Shown here: in pieces, positions 25,047 to 38,079 of the stretch
Layout: each line of letters begins with the position of its first letter
How positions within the stretch are numbered: the first letter of the stretch is position 1
Assembly (NCBI RefSeq): GCF_006345805.1
Contig: NC_043004.1
Coordinates: forward strand, 30,442,001-30,506,000
Direction of reading: 5' to 3'
DNA: 64,000 nt
DNA from: Octopus sinensis
Lineage: Eukaryota
Translations under genes and position numbers: made by a program
Notes under the pieces: model-generated
Database searches by the model: none
What the model was told of the DNA's origin: nothing
Seen by the model: only the letters and a program-made list of their open reading frames with translations

Positions 25047-25258
25047 GGTGACAAGCTGACAGAATCGTTAGTACACTAGGTAAAATGCTTTGTAGCATTT
25101 CATCAGTCTTTATGTACTGAGTTCAAATGCTACCGAGGTTGACTTTGCCTTTCATCTTTTCGGAATTGATAAAATAAGTACCAGTTGAGCAGTAGAGTCA
25201 ATGCAATTGACTTTCCCACAAAACTGGTGACCTTGTGCCAAAATTTGAAGTCAGTATT
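25047..25258 (+). mobile_element. tRNA-derived SINE, same family as 22996-23788
   Basis: GAGTTCAAAT B-box-like; GAGGTTGACTTTGCCTTTCATC...TGTGCCAAAATTTGAA. Confidence 0.75.
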
Positions 25259-26587
25259 AACAAAAGAAAAGAAGTGTACAAGGTATGCATCAGTTAAAAA
25301 AAATAAATAGTAAAAATATCCTAACTTAGTTGTATTTTCTCCTTAATCAAATGATAGTTATAAAGTTTTTTTCTTTATTAACCATAAGGGTAACATATTG
25401 AAAGATACAATAAATTAAATGTAAGACTTTCAAATGCTTGTAGTTTAGGACAAAATAAGTTACATTAGGATGATGGGGTGAGTGAAAAATATTATGTAAT
25501 ATATAAAGGAAACAAATTTAGGAAAATTAAGGGAGAACATACAAATAATTTTATGGAATAAATAAAGAATAAAATAAAATACACAATAATAAAATGAAAA
25601 CATAATTTAAGCAGAATACATGGAAAGCATTTAGGGTTCTTGGCTTCATATAGATGAGAAGCCGCTGATTAGGCTGGGTTACAGAAGCCCCATGTCTCTA
25701 CCCTCCTACAATTACTCATATAGTAGACTTGTGCATCTGAAGATGTCCATTTGTTGTTTTTTTCTGAACTTGTTGTGGTAGGAAACAACCGACATGCTCA
25801 GGGTAAGTTTTTTGGGGTTAGGGTTAGGGTTACAATTATCTTTTATATTCACCAACATCCTGTCCTTTGTGTGTCTACCTATATTCCAAACCTACACCTC
25901 CTTATAATACCTATTTACATGACAAACATGTGATCCTATCAGATCCTGGTTTGGTTTCTAATGGACTTCAATTACTCTTCCTCCTTGTTTTTATTGTTCT
26001 GGGACTCTTTCTTGTTATTTTTTGTGAGGGTTTACTTTCTAGTTTTTTGGGATATTTATTGTTTCCTTTTTTTGAATTTTTTTATGTAACCATCTTTGTT
26101 ACGAGAGAATGAAGTGAATCTGCTGCTGATGGTTAGTGTTGTGGGAACAGAGGTTTGCTGCTCTTAATGTTGCCATGAACACAAAACCTCCTTCATCCTT
26201 CCCTCATTGTCAATGCTGGTCATGGCTCCAAGCCAGCTCCTAGAACTGAAGACAATGAAATCTCATCTCTTAATTTTAAGTCTTTGAAAAGTTGTACTGT
26301 TAGAAAGGCAGCCTTTGGATTCTGCTATTGTTGTTTTGCTTTTTGTTTAACTTCTCATGGAAGAAAGCTTTCAAGAGTCTGGTGCCATCATAAGTGTAGC
26401 AGTTAAGCCTTCTGTTCTTCATACACCTGACTCCAGTCTAATTTGGTATGGTTTCTATGGCTGGATGCCCTTCCTAATGCCAACCACTTTACAGTGTGCT
26501 GGATGCTTTTACGTGGCACCACATGAGTACTTTTACATGGCACAGCATGAGTGCTTTTATATGATGTCACATGAGTGCTCTTATGGA

Positions 26588-26799
26588 TGCATAGTGGCAT
26601 TTCATCCATCCTTATGTTCTGAGTTCAAATTCCATCAAGGTCAATTTTGTCTTTCAGGAATGATAAAATAAATTCTTTTAGGATTGATAAAAATATTGGA
26701 GTCGATGTAATCGACTTACCTCCTCCTCTGTAATTGCTGGCCTTGTGCCAGAATTTGAAATCATCATCATCATCATCATCATTATTATTACTATTATTA

Positions 26800-26839
<40 letters not shown>

Positions 26840-27045
26840 AGTAGCAAACTGGCAGAATTGTTTGTATGCTGAGCAAAATGCTTAGCAACATTACTTTATG
26901 TTCTGAGTTGAAATGCTGCTGAGGTCTACTTTGCTTTTCATCCTTCCAGAGTTGATAAAGTAAATACCAGTCAAGTACTGGGGGTCAATGTAATGAACAA
27001 GCTCTCTCTTACCAAATTTCAGGCCTTGTGTCTATAATAGAAAGG
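26588..27045 (+). mobile_element. Two further copies of the same SINE family separated by (ATT)n
   Basis: Matches at ~26588-26762 and ~26820-27045. Confidence 0.65.
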
Positions 27046-27134
27046 ATTATTAATATTATCTTTGTAATATTGAATAATTATAATTAATACTGCATCCTCT
27101 TTTTTTTTTATATATATAACTGTTTTTTTTTATA

Positions 27135-27300
27135 ATTTATTATATATTCTTTTACTTGTTTCAGTCATTTGACTGAGGCCATGCTGGAACACTGCCTAGA
27201 AGGGTTTTTAGTCAAACAAACTGACTTATTAATCTCTTTTGCCGAACTGCTAAGTTACTGGGACATAAACACTCCAAAACCAGTTGTCAAGTGATGATGG
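27135..27300 (-). mobile_element. CORE-type SINE 3' part
   Basis: TTTACTTGTTTCAGTCATTTGACTG.GGCCATGCTGG is the reverse of the family tail. Confidence 0.65.
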
Positions 27301-27764
27301 TGAGGATGGACCAAAGGGAGGGGATTCTGTCCTGCATAGAGGACTCTGACTGGCCTTCGCAGGTAGTTGCAGAGGTCATATGGGAGACTGATCTGTGCAG
27401 GATATGAACTCCTTCCCAGAGGACACTTTAAATTTTGTATTAAAGCGGCCCGACTTGACATCGTCCAGGTGTTTGACTGAGGTGAGAAGTCTAGTGGGGC
27501 AGGAAGGGTTGTAAATGATTGAAGTAAGAGGCTTGGTGCCTCATTTTTGTTGTTCTGCTGAATTTGTATTGACTTGTGTAAGAGGTTTGTTGCCTCAAAT
27601 ATGATTTTATAGAGAACAATGTGCTCAGGTAAACAGCAATCGGTGGGCATTGCTGTTGCCCTCATTATTATCATATCGTTTATCATTTCATTTCATTATG
27701 TCTTTGTCCAGCTTGCAGCTTCCTTTCTTTGTAAGGCTTTTATGGCCAGTCTAATGAATAAAAG

Positions 27765-28123
27765 ATGCTTGCTTCCCAACCACATAGTTCCAGGTTCAGT
27801 CCCACTGCATGGCACCTTGGGCAAGTGTCTTCTACTATAGCCTTGGGCCGACCAAAACCTTGTAAGTAGATTTGGTAGACGGAAATTGAAAGAAGCCCAT
27901 TGTATACATATATATATATTTGTGTGTTTGTGTCTATGTTTGTACCCCACCATCACTTGACAACTTATGTTGATGTGTTTACATCCCCATAACTTAGCAG
28001 TTCAGCATAAGAGATTGATAGAATAAGTACTAGGCTTACAAAGAATAAGTCCTGGAGTTGATTCATTCAACTACAGGTGGTGCTCCAGCATGGCCACAGT
28101 CAAATGACAGAAACAAGTAAAAG
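27765..28123 (+). mobile_element. CORE-type tRNA-derived SINE (abundant octopus-type family)
   Basis: CACCTTGGGCAAGTGTCTTCTACTATAGCC CORE-like segment, internal microsatellite, tail GAAACAAGTAAAAGA. Confidence 0.85.
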
Positions 28124-28160
28124 AATTTTTTTTTAAAATGTAAAGATGTATATATATATA

Positions 28161-28566
28161 GGTGCAGGAGTGGCTGTGTGGTAAGTAGCTTGTTTACCAA
28201 CCACATGGTTCCGGGTTCAGTCCCACTGCGTGGCACCTTGGGCAAGCATCTTCTACTATAGCCTCGGGCCAACCAAACCCTTGTCAGTGGATTTGGTAGA
28301 TGGAAACTGAAAGAAGCCCGTCATATATATGTATATATATATATATGCGTGTGTGTGTTTGTGTGTCTGTATTTGTCCCCCTAGCATTGCTTGACAACCG
28401 ATGCTGGTGTGTTTATGTCCCCGTTACTTAGCGGTTCGGCAAAAGAGACCGATAAAATAAGTACTGGGCTTACAAAAGAATAAGTCCCGGGGTCGAGTTG
28501 CTCGATTAAAGGTGGTGCTCCAGCATGGCCACAGTCAAATGACTGAAACAAGTAAAAAAGTAAGAG
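28161..28566 (+). mobile_element. CORE-type SINE, full length
   Basis: Head GGTGCAGGAGTGGCTGTGTGGTAAG through tail GACTGAAACAAGTAAAA. Confidence 0.9.
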
Positions 28567-28594
28567 AAAGATATATACATATATATATACACAC

Positions 28595-28760
28595 ACAACA
28601 AGTTTCTTTCAGTTTCCATCTACCAAATCCACTCACAAGGCTTTGGTTGGCCCAAGGCTATAGTAGAAGACACTTGTCCAAGGTGCCATGCAGTGGGGAT
28701 TGAACCCATTACTATGTGGTTGGGAAGCAAGCTTCTTACCACACAGCCATGCCTGCACCT
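28595..28760 (-). mobile_element. CORE-type SINE 5' half
   Basis: Reverse complement of the head and CORE segment. Confidence 0.8.
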
Positions 28761-29189
28761 AAACAAAGAAAACTTTGTTAATATTAAAGCATAACAAAAA
28801 ATGGTGATATAAAAGAACTGAATTCAGTATTAATTATTTGGTTTTACAAGGATGAAAATGTATATAAAATGTGGACTGTGCTATTGGGAACAATTTTTTT
28901 TCAATTTCATAAATTGTTGGGTTTAACTAGGAATGTTTTCAAAAATATATTTACACCTCTCTTTATGAGCCCAAGCATGTCAGTTGCAGTTTGGGTTGTT
29001 TGCATCTTCAATTGCCAAATGCTACTAATTTATGTTTTTGTACACTGAGTCCACTTTAATTTTATGATTTCATGGCTACATTATACTGTGAAATGCTGCC
29101 ATTGCATGACAGCATCTGCCCTAGGTATATTGGTTGACACCCAGCAGAGATTGTTTAAAGAAGTGATGTCAAATAAAACACAAAATTAT

Positions 29190-29385
29190 GGTTTCAAATT
29201 TTGGCACAGAGCCAACAGTTTTTGAAGGGAGGAGTAGTCAATTACATCAACCCCCAGTTCTTGACTGGTACTTATCTTATCAACCCTGAAAGGATGAAAG
29301 ACAAAGTCAACCCTGGTGACATTTGAACTCAGAACATAAAGATGGATGAAATGCCACAAAGCATTTTGCCTAGAGTAGTAAATAG
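29190..29385 (-). mobile_element. tRNA-derived SINE, family of 22996-23788
   Basis: CCCTGAAAGGATGAAAGACAAAGTCAACC motif. Confidence 0.75.
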
Positions 29386-30109
29386 TGATGATGATGATGA
29401 TAATGTGATAGAGCAACAGAATTCAGGAAAGTGAACGAAATTGTCATGCAAATTCCAATTAAAGATATCACTGAATTAAATTCCTGGATGTATGCCAATG
29501 CTTATGTCATCACAAAGACGATGGGAATATTTAGAGTAAAGAAAGCACAGAGAAATACAAGGAACCATTCTGGGAAAGGAGAATAAAGAAAGCATCAATA
29601 AATGGTGGACTGATTTAAGATCAAGGAAGAATGGAGTGGTAATATGAGGCTCAATGAAAGAGAACTGCATTACATGAATAAGAAATATCACCTGGTGGAT
29701 AAAGGTACTCTGGTTATATTGGATGTATTAAAACAAAATATTAAAGTGGGTGCAGTTAATATCAAAAGATATAAAGAAAGATGTCTACTGTTTAAACAAA
29801 ATCAACAGTTTAGAACAAATCAGAAGCTGTTCTACAAGTCTCTGGACAGAGGAGATAAGGAAGAAGCAGAGTTACTTAATTCCAAAGAAGCAACTTCATT
29901 TTGGAGCAAGGTCAGCTCAAGGAATGTCAAACACAACAACAGGGCACCCTGGCTCCATGAAGCAGAAGAAGAATTCAAAGGCATGGAGATACAGGAGGAC
30001 ATTGTCATCATGGAAAATATTCTAGCTGGAGTTGGTAAGATGAGAAGTTGGAAGGTAGCTGACTCAGACATAGTTCAGGGTTTTTGGTTCAAGATTTTGA
30101 CAAATTTGC

Positions 30110-30597
30110 ATTCATCATCATCATCATCATCATCATTTAGCGTCCGCTTTCCATGCTAGCATGGGTTGGACGGTTCAAATGGGCTCTGGGAAGCCAGAAA
30201 GCTGCACCAGGCCCAGTTTGATCTGGCAATGTTTCTATGGCTGGATGCCCTTCCTAACGCCAACCACTCCATGAGTGTAGTGGGTGCTTTTTATGTGCCA
30301 CCGGCACAGGTGCCAGACGAGTCTGGCAAACGGCCATGATCGGATGGTGCTTTTCATGTTCCACCGGCACGGGGGCCAGGCGAGGCTGCCAAACGGCCAC
30401 GATCGGATGGTGCTTTTTATGTGCCACCGGCACGGGGGCCAGGTGAGGCTGGCAAACAGCCACAAACGGATGGTGCTTTTTACGTGCCACCGGCACGGAG
30501 GCCAGTCAGGGCAGTGCTGGCAACGGGTACGAACGGATGGCGCTTTTTACGTGCCACCAGCACGAGGCCAGTTGGGGCAGCGCTGGCAATGGCCACT
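30110..30597 (-). mobile_element. RTE-type LINE 3' tail with five 63-67 bp GC-rich tandem units
   Basis: (CAT)n tail, CTGGATGCCCTTCCTAACGCCAACC, units starting at 30283, 30346, 30409, 30472 and 30539. Confidence 0.8.
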
Positions 30598-30901
30598 AAA
30601 CTACAAAAGTTCCGGCAAGGCTGTGTACACCAAGGAATTGTATCAGAATGAATGGTCAAAGGAAGAACTGTGTTGAAACAAAATGGCCCATTCAAGGGTG
30701 CTGTGGCCAGTAACAATTGTCTGATTGCTTGTTTACCTGGAATAATGGGTAAGAAATTGTACAACCATCTTAAAAGAAATGAAATGCTGGTAGATGAACA
30801 GAAAGGCTGCAGGAGGGGAATCCAAGGAACAAAGAAACAGTAGCTGATTGATTAGATAGCTTTTAGGAACTGTTGAAGAAAGTTTGACAAACTTATCAAT
30901 A

Positions 30902-31307
30902 GGCACAGGAGTGGCTGTGTGGTAAGTAGCTTGCTAACCAACCACATGGTTCCAGGTTCAGTCCCACTAGGTAGCATCTTGGGCAAGTGTCTTCTGCTAT
31001 AGCCCCGGGCCGACCAATGCCTTGTGAGTGGATTTGGTAGACGGAAACTGAAAGAAGCCTGTCGTATATATGTATGTATGTGTGTGTGTGTTTGTGTGTC
31101 TGTGTTTGTCCCCCTAGCATTGCTTGACAACCGATGCTGGTGTGTTTACGTCCCCGTTACTTAGCGGTTCGGCAAAAGAAACCGATAGAATAAGTACTGG
31201 GCTTACAAAGAATAAAGTCTCGGGGTCGATTTGCTCGACTAAAGGCGGTGCTCCAGCATGGCCGCAGTCAAATGACTGAAACAAGTAAAAGAGTAAAAGA
31301 GTAAAGA
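30902..31307 (+). mobile_element. CORE-type SINE, full length, nested in the Dong-like LINE
   Basis: Complete head-CORE-microsatellite-tail structure ending in (GTAAAAGA)n. Confidence 0.9.
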
Positions 31308-31544
31308 GAGAGAGCTTGGATTGACTATTAGAGGGGCATCTTTCAAGGAGGCTCAGTGTCATCCTTACTGTTTGTTGCTTGTATGTTACTGCTCTCCATG
31401 GTTCTGAGAGAGATGAAACCAATCCATCACCTGACGTTTATGGATGATTTGAAGCTTTACAGAACTAGTGGAGGTCAACTGGGTTCCCTTACTCAGGCTG
31501 CATGAATTTTCTCAAGACATCCAAATGACATTTTGATGATGACA

Positions 31545-31715
31545 ATCCTTTCTACCATAGGCACAATTTGGGGGGAGGGGTGAGTTAATTATGTTGACCT
31601 CAGTACTTAATTGATACTTATTTTATTGACCCTGAAAAGTTGAAGGGTAAAATCAACCTCAGTGGAATTTGAACTCAGAATGTAAAGACGGAGGAAATGC
31701 TGGTAAATATTTTGC
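31545..31715 (-). mobile_element. tRNA-derived SINE, family of 22996-23788
   Basis: GACCCTGAAAAGTTGAAGGGTAAAATCAACC...GAATTTGAACTCAGAA. Confidence 0.7.
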
Positions 31716-31756
31716 CTGGAGTAATATATAATGACAACAACGATGATGATGATGAC

Positions 31757-31989
31757 AAGAAGAAGAAGAAGAAGAAGAAGAAGAAGAAGAAAAAGAAGAA
31801 AAAGAAGAAAAAGAAGAAGAAAAAGAAAAAGAAGAAGAAGAAGAAGAAGAAGAAAAAGAAGAAGAAGAGAAGAAGAAGAAGAAAAAAGAAGAAGAAGAAG
31901 AAGAAGAAAAAGAAAAAGAAGAAGAAGAAGAAGAAGAAGAAGAAGAAGAAGAAGAAGAAGAAGAAGAAGAAGAAGAAGAAGAAGAAGAA
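31757..31989. repeat. (AAG)n homopurine trinucleotide tract
   Basis: ~233 bp of A/G only on the plus strand. Confidence 0.95.
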
Positions 31990-32497
31990 TGCACCTATAC
32001 AGCAATTGGGTGAGAGCTTGTATCCTTGATGGGCAGGATGACCCTGGGTCTGTAGAGTTCCTTGACAGGCTCTAATTAAAAGCTCTTCTGTATCAGGAGG
32101 AGAATTTTATCCATTTATTCACATATTGCGTTCCTTTTCTTCTCATTTCTCTCCCTACATATCTGTTTTTCTTTCACCAATTTCATGAAAAATTCTCACA
32201 AAATTTGTCAAGTCTCCTTTTAATGTACTTCTCAAATGATGCTCCTGTGGCAAATAAAAATAGAACACCGCCATCGTCATCTTCATGAAATGTTATTTTT
32301 AAAAAAATTTTTACTCAATCAAGTGAAATTGATGAAATGCCATAATAAACATTAGCCAGACATTAAATAACATGATTAATTTATAATTATTAAACAGTAA
32401 TATTGCATTGCAAAAATAGGAAAAAATTTGAGTTGTTTTTAAAAGGAAGCATATATATATACATATATATACAGACACATATATGTATGTATATATG

Positions 32498-32545
<48 letters not shown>

Positions 32546-32892
32546 TATATATATATTCATATACATACTTATATATGTATGAGTATATATATCATGTTTA
32601 ATTTATGGAGCTATGTTAAACTTGTGTTTTTCATAGAGGTGGGCTGTGGAGTACTGAAAATTTGCATGTTTAATAAAATTAAGATCATTTCCAACTTTTT
32701 AAATGTGTCTAATAAAATAGTGAAGAAAGAAGAATTATGTAAACATAATCTCTTGCTTGTGTTCTCATTAATAAAGAGGCAGTGGAGGGCAAACATTTTG
32801 AATCATTCATCTGTGGGGAAGTCTGGTGATTGTCAGTTTAAGAACCACTGTGGTAGGCAGGTATTGAAATAATTATTGGATATAAATAAGAA

Positions 32893-33355
32893 GTTTGCTT
32901 CTCAATCACATGAGTAAGGGTTCAGTCCCACTGTGTGGTGCTTTGGGTAAGAGTTTTTCACTTTACTCCTTGGCCAATGAAGACTTAAATGAAGCCTCTG
33001 TGTGGCACCTTGAGCAAATATCTTTTGCTATAGCCTCAGGCCAACCAAAGCCTTCTGAAGACAAAAATTGAAAGAACCCAATTGTGTGTGTGTGCGTGTG
33101 TGTATGTGTGTGTGTATATATATATGCGTGTGAGTCTTTAGTTTTGTGTTTGTACCCCCCGCCCATTGCTTGACAACCAATGTTAGTATGTTTACATCTC
33201 CCGTAACTTAGCGGTTCAGCAAAAGAGACTGATAGAATAAGTACTAGGCTTACAAAAAATAGGTCCAGGGATCAATTTCTTCAGCTAAACAAAGACCCTT
33301 TAAGGTGGTGCTCCAGCATGGGTGCAGTCAAATGACTGAAACAAGTAAAAGAATA
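32893..33355 (+). mobile_element. CORE-type SINE (diverged, with internal rearrangement)
   Basis: GGTTCAGTCCCACTG head and GACTGAAACAAGTAAAAG tail. Confidence 0.8.
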
Positions 33356-34009
33356 AATATACATATATATATATATATGTTTGTGTGTGTGAATGGGTGC
33401 TATTTTCTCCTTGCCTTGATATTGTATGATAGTTGTAAACATGTGCCCCTCATTTCTATTCTTCTGTGAAAACATATCTTCTCATGGAGAAATATTACTT
33501 TACTTGGAAACAAATGAGTGTTGGCAACAGGAAGGCCTTCCAGTTATAGAAAATTTTCTTCTATAAATTCTAACCAATCCATGGAGCATTGAAAATCATC
33601 ATCATCATCAAATATCTATTTTCCATGATGCCATGGACTGTTTAACAATAGCTTGCAAGCCAGAGGCTATGTCAACTCCTATTGCCTGTTCTGGCTTGAT
33701 GACCTTCTTAATGAATGGCCAGTCAGACAGTAAGGTGCCACCAGCTTCCTGTCCATCCATGTGGTCAAAGAAATTCATTTTAATGGATTTGAGGTTGCTG
33801 GAATTTATATTTCACTTCTAATAACATCATTTGACCTGCCTTGACAAATAGCAGCCCTGTTTTCGGTAGTCATCTTCCACTTCTTCCACCTTTCCATTTA
33901 GTCACCTAAGCTTGATGTGCAAGGTTTCTATAAGGAGCCTATGAAACTTTAAGTTGCATGGAACCAAATTAAATGGTTTTAAATAATAATAATAGACTAC
34001 TAAAAAATG

Positions 34010-34900
34010 AAATTGCAAGAATATGGGCAATTATTCCAGTGGTTGTTGGGGCACTTGGGGCACTAACAACCTAGTTCAAGAAACATGTTAGGCAAATTGG
34101 AATTGACTCTAGGGTAGAGCATGTCCAAAAAACTGCTCTATTGGGGAGAGCTAGAATTCTGAGATTGGTGCTTGGGTGTTGAGTGTTTTCCACAATAAGT
34201 TAACATCCAAGTACCAAAGCTTAGTTTGTAGAAAGAGACCTCTGACTACAGGTTGCTGCCTGCTCTCACAGAATCATTCAGAGTAAGACTGAGATCTCTG
34301 AGAAGTAAGGCAGCAGCAGTAGCAACAACAACAACAATAATAATAAAAAAGAAGAGGCATGGTAATGTAGCTAAGTGTGTTCAGAATACAAAAGAGACAT
34401 GATAACAGGGCAAAGTATGTTCATTGGAGATTGTGTGAGAAGTACAGTCTTAAGAGGACATTGAAATGGTATGAGCATAAACTAGAAGGTGTCACTAAGA
34501 TTGATGAGAATGAGATCTTGTGGCATTTTACAATACAGTGTGATTCAGTAACTGATGCTCAGAGACCAGACATCGCTGGAGTTGATGAAATGATCATAGT
34601 CATAGTCATTGCCATACCTGGGGATATATGAGTGAATGACAAAGAACTGTCAAAAGATTGAAAAGTAGAAGCAGCTAAAAAATGAGATTTCATATATGTG
34701 GGTCATATATGACAGTAACTGTCATTCTAGTAGTTGTTGTGCCACTGGGAGCATTAACAATTAGATTTGAGGAATTTGTTGGAGAAATAGGGATTGACAT
34801 GAGGGTAGAACATGCTCAGAAAACTGCCTCACTGGGAATAGCAGGGATTTGAGATTGGTACTTGGATTGATAAGTATTGTGGAAAGAGTCCCTGTGAGAC
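34010..34900 (+). mobile_element. Two degenerate R4/Dong-type 3' ends
   Basis: RHDNRAKYVHWRLCEKY...KWYEH...ILWHFTIQCD...RPDI and repeated VVGALG...EHVQKTALLG..RIL remnants. Confidence 0.7.
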
Positions 34901-35018
34901 TCTTGACAACAGGCTGTCTGCTCTTATAGAATTAGCTGCCAAACCATGTGAAATCAAGAGCTCTGAGAAGTGAAATGGAAATAATAACGACGACGACGAT
35001 GATGACGACGACGACGAT

Positions 35019-35560
35019 TACCCTGATGCAGTACCAGACAGTGGCTCTCATGGCTTCTGATCTTATCTGATTGGAAGTGTTATCATGTACATTGTTTTGT
35101 CTTGGTATAAAAGATGGGCTACAGAAAATATTCTGCTCAATACCACAGATTTGCTTGTCAGTTGTTTGACCTTAACCAGTTGAGCATGTTCTTTAGTGGC
35201 TGACGATATGTGCATCTCTGATCATGAGCAGAAGTAGTGGTGGAGCATCATAGCCATGTGCTGAAAGGAAGTCTTAGAGGACTTGGAAATATGGGTGGTT
35301 CGTTCAACATCCTTAAACAATCCTTATTCCGGGACCTTTTGAGCAGGATGGGTTACTCGACCAGAAGAAAATTCTAACTGGGCCCCACCTGCAAGGTCAT
35401 GTGCTGTTTATCTTGATATGAGATCACCATGTCGAGCACATATTGTTGTGATGCATGTGCCTGGTGTGCCCTTATCGGACAGGTAGTCATGATGGGTATA
35501 CTGGGCTTCATATATTTTACCCCAGTGTCACTTTGATGGCATGCACTGCACTCTCACTCA
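35019..35560 (+). mobile_element. Non-coding interspersed repeat ending in (AAT)n
   Basis: ~540-bp GC-elevated unit between (GAC)n and (AAT)n tracts; class uncertain. Confidence 0.45.
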
Positions 35561-35667
35561 ATAATAATAATAATATATGTTAGTATGATAGTCTTTAAAG
35601 TATATCATACACGCTCCATGTTTCCACGTAGCTGAATGGCTTTTTGTTATTTATTAAGAACCACAAT

Positions 35668-35704
<37 letters not shown>

Positions 35705-35791
35705 CAAAGAGAGAGATGATAGATATGGATATATATATATATTATATATATATATATACATATACAAAGAGAGAGATGATAGATATGGATA

Positions 35792-35826
<35 letters not shown>

Positions 35827-36025
35827 CGTGTGTGTAAAGCAAGAGAGAGGGAGAGAAAAAGGAAAGAGAGAGTGAATATTTTCTAATTCATATAATGTGA
35901 TATTGATAATACTTGTGAGTGCAATGGAAGCCATTCAGCAGTCCATTATAGCTTAAATGTAGCATTATTTTGGAAGCACCTGGTATATGAGCATTGTGTG
36001 CAGGTTCATGTAAAAGTGTACACAT

Positions 36026-36083
<58 letters not shown>

Positions 36084-36250
36084 CATGTCTTAAGAATTTA
36101 TGATACTGTAATAACAAAAATCGTAATCAAATCTCCAGTTTTATTCTGGTCTCTTATATACATACATACATACATATATACATACATACATATAAATATA
36201 TATATAGTGAGAGAGAGAGAGAGAGGTGGGATGGGAAAGAAGGAGAAACA

Positions 36251-36251
36251 A

Positions 36252-36329
<78 letters not shown>

Positions 36330-36389
36330 GGATGAATGGATGGATGGATGGATAGACAGACAGACGGACAGACAGATAGATAGATAGAC

Positions 36390-36461
<72 letters not shown>

Positions 36462-36530
36462 GGATAGATGGATGGATGGATAGATGGATGGATGGATCGA
36501 TAGATGGATATGCAGACAGACAGACAGACA
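36251..36530. repeat. (GATA)n/(GATG)n/(GACA)n microsatellite
   Basis: Direct inspection. Confidence 0.95.
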
Positions 36531-37597
36531 ATGTTAAACACAATGATATAAAAGCAAAAATTCAGAAAACTGCATAAATTAGTGAAACTGCAAAACGTTT
36601 GTTTCCCCCTCATTAATTATTTATCAATAGATTGAAATTGGTGTTGTTGTTTTACACTGATCTCAGAGAAGAAACAGAATTAGTAGTGATGTTGTTGTCA
36701 TTTAAGCCTAACCTCTAACTCAGTCTGAATCTATCAGACCTATGATCAAAGGCACAGCAGGTGTGATTGAATAGTTTCTTTTTCCTCTGCAGACACAGTG
36801 TATCTTGCTAGGACTGTCATGTTTGATGTGTCCACTTTTTAAAATTGTAGGGTGTCACTTGAAGGAAATTTGGCTGCTATTTCTAGAAGCAGAAATGTCT
36901 GCATACTGTTTTGGTTAGTGAATTAAACTGCTAAAAAATGTAGATGTCTGAGTTGATTAAGTAAAACTCTGATCAAAGACATTCTAACCATGGCCATTTC
37001 ATTATTTTTCAAACAACATATGTATTCCTCCCCTTTTTTAGACACCAGATGATTTAAGTAAGTATTTGACAGCTATTTCTAGCAGATGATTGACAATGTA
37101 GATCAATGGTTCTCAACCAATCTATATAAGATCTTATAAAAATTTATGTGCACTGAATTGCTTATACTTCCACGATACACATGTTTTAATTTTCTTTTAT
37201 ACAATTCCTAATGATATTTAATTATAAAAATAAAATAGAAATTTTTGTCTTATATACATCAAATGGTTATGGAGGTTCAGTAAAGTAAAAGAGGAATCAA
37301 AGGAGTTCATAGGTCAAAAATGGTAAAGAGCCACTGATGCAGATGCTCCCTGGATGGCTCAAGATGTTTGTGTTGTTAGTTTACTGAAGAAATAGGTGAG
37401 AGTTTGGTAAGTCAGCTATTATCTTTCTAGATTTCAGGAGATGGACATTTACTAGTATAATTCCCAAAAGCTATACTGTGTCTATGATAAAGATCTAGTT
37501 TCAAGGTCCGCAGCTGACATTTATCTCTGACTTGACAGTCTGACTACAGCTCGTGGCAAACTACATGATTTACATATCTCTCATTTCTTCTTCGCCA

Positions 37598-37970
37598 TCA
37601 TCATCATCATCATCGTTTAACATCCACTTTCCCTGCTAGCATGGGTTGGATGATTTGACTGAGGACTGGTGAACCAGATGGCTGCACCAGGCTCCAATCT
37701 TGATCTGGCAGAGTTTCTACAGCTGGATGCCCTTCCTAATGCCAACCACTCTGAGAGTGTAGTGGGTGCTTTTACGTGCCACCGACACAGGGCCAGTCAG
37801 GCGGTACTAGCAATGGCCACGCTCACGTGCCAGTAAGGCGATGCTGGTAATGATCACACTCAAATGGTGGTTTTCACGTGCCACCGGCATGGAAGCCAGT
37901 CAGCCGCTTTGGCAACAATCACGCTCGGATGGTGCTCTTAGCGCTCCACTAGCACGGATGCCAGTCAGAC
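37598..37970 (-). mobile_element. RTE-type LINE 3' tail
   Basis: Same tail and tandem units as 30110-30597. Confidence 0.8.
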
Positions 37971-38079
37971 AAAACTAATTTAGAATAAAAATTCTTCATT
38001 CATCAAAGTTTATATGGGAGAACATATATGGGATTGTCCATACCGGCAACTCAATTTTGCCTGTTCCTATAAAAAAGGT

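Larger units (their letters stand above)
29560..32100 (+). mobile_element. Old R4/Dong-type LINE broken by nested insertions
   Basis: Colinear remnants LFKQNQQFRTNQKLFYKSL (29644-30100), EWSKGRTVL..KGAVASN (30600-30880), FMDDLKLY (~31435-31460) and 31990-32100. Confidence 0.75.

Noticed and set aside
25815-25832. Interstitial telomere
   Set aside because: Only about 2.5 TTAGGG units, too short to indicate a fusion or healing site
31607-32075. Poly-K/R/S/L ORFs
   Set aside because: Artefact of the (AAG)n tract
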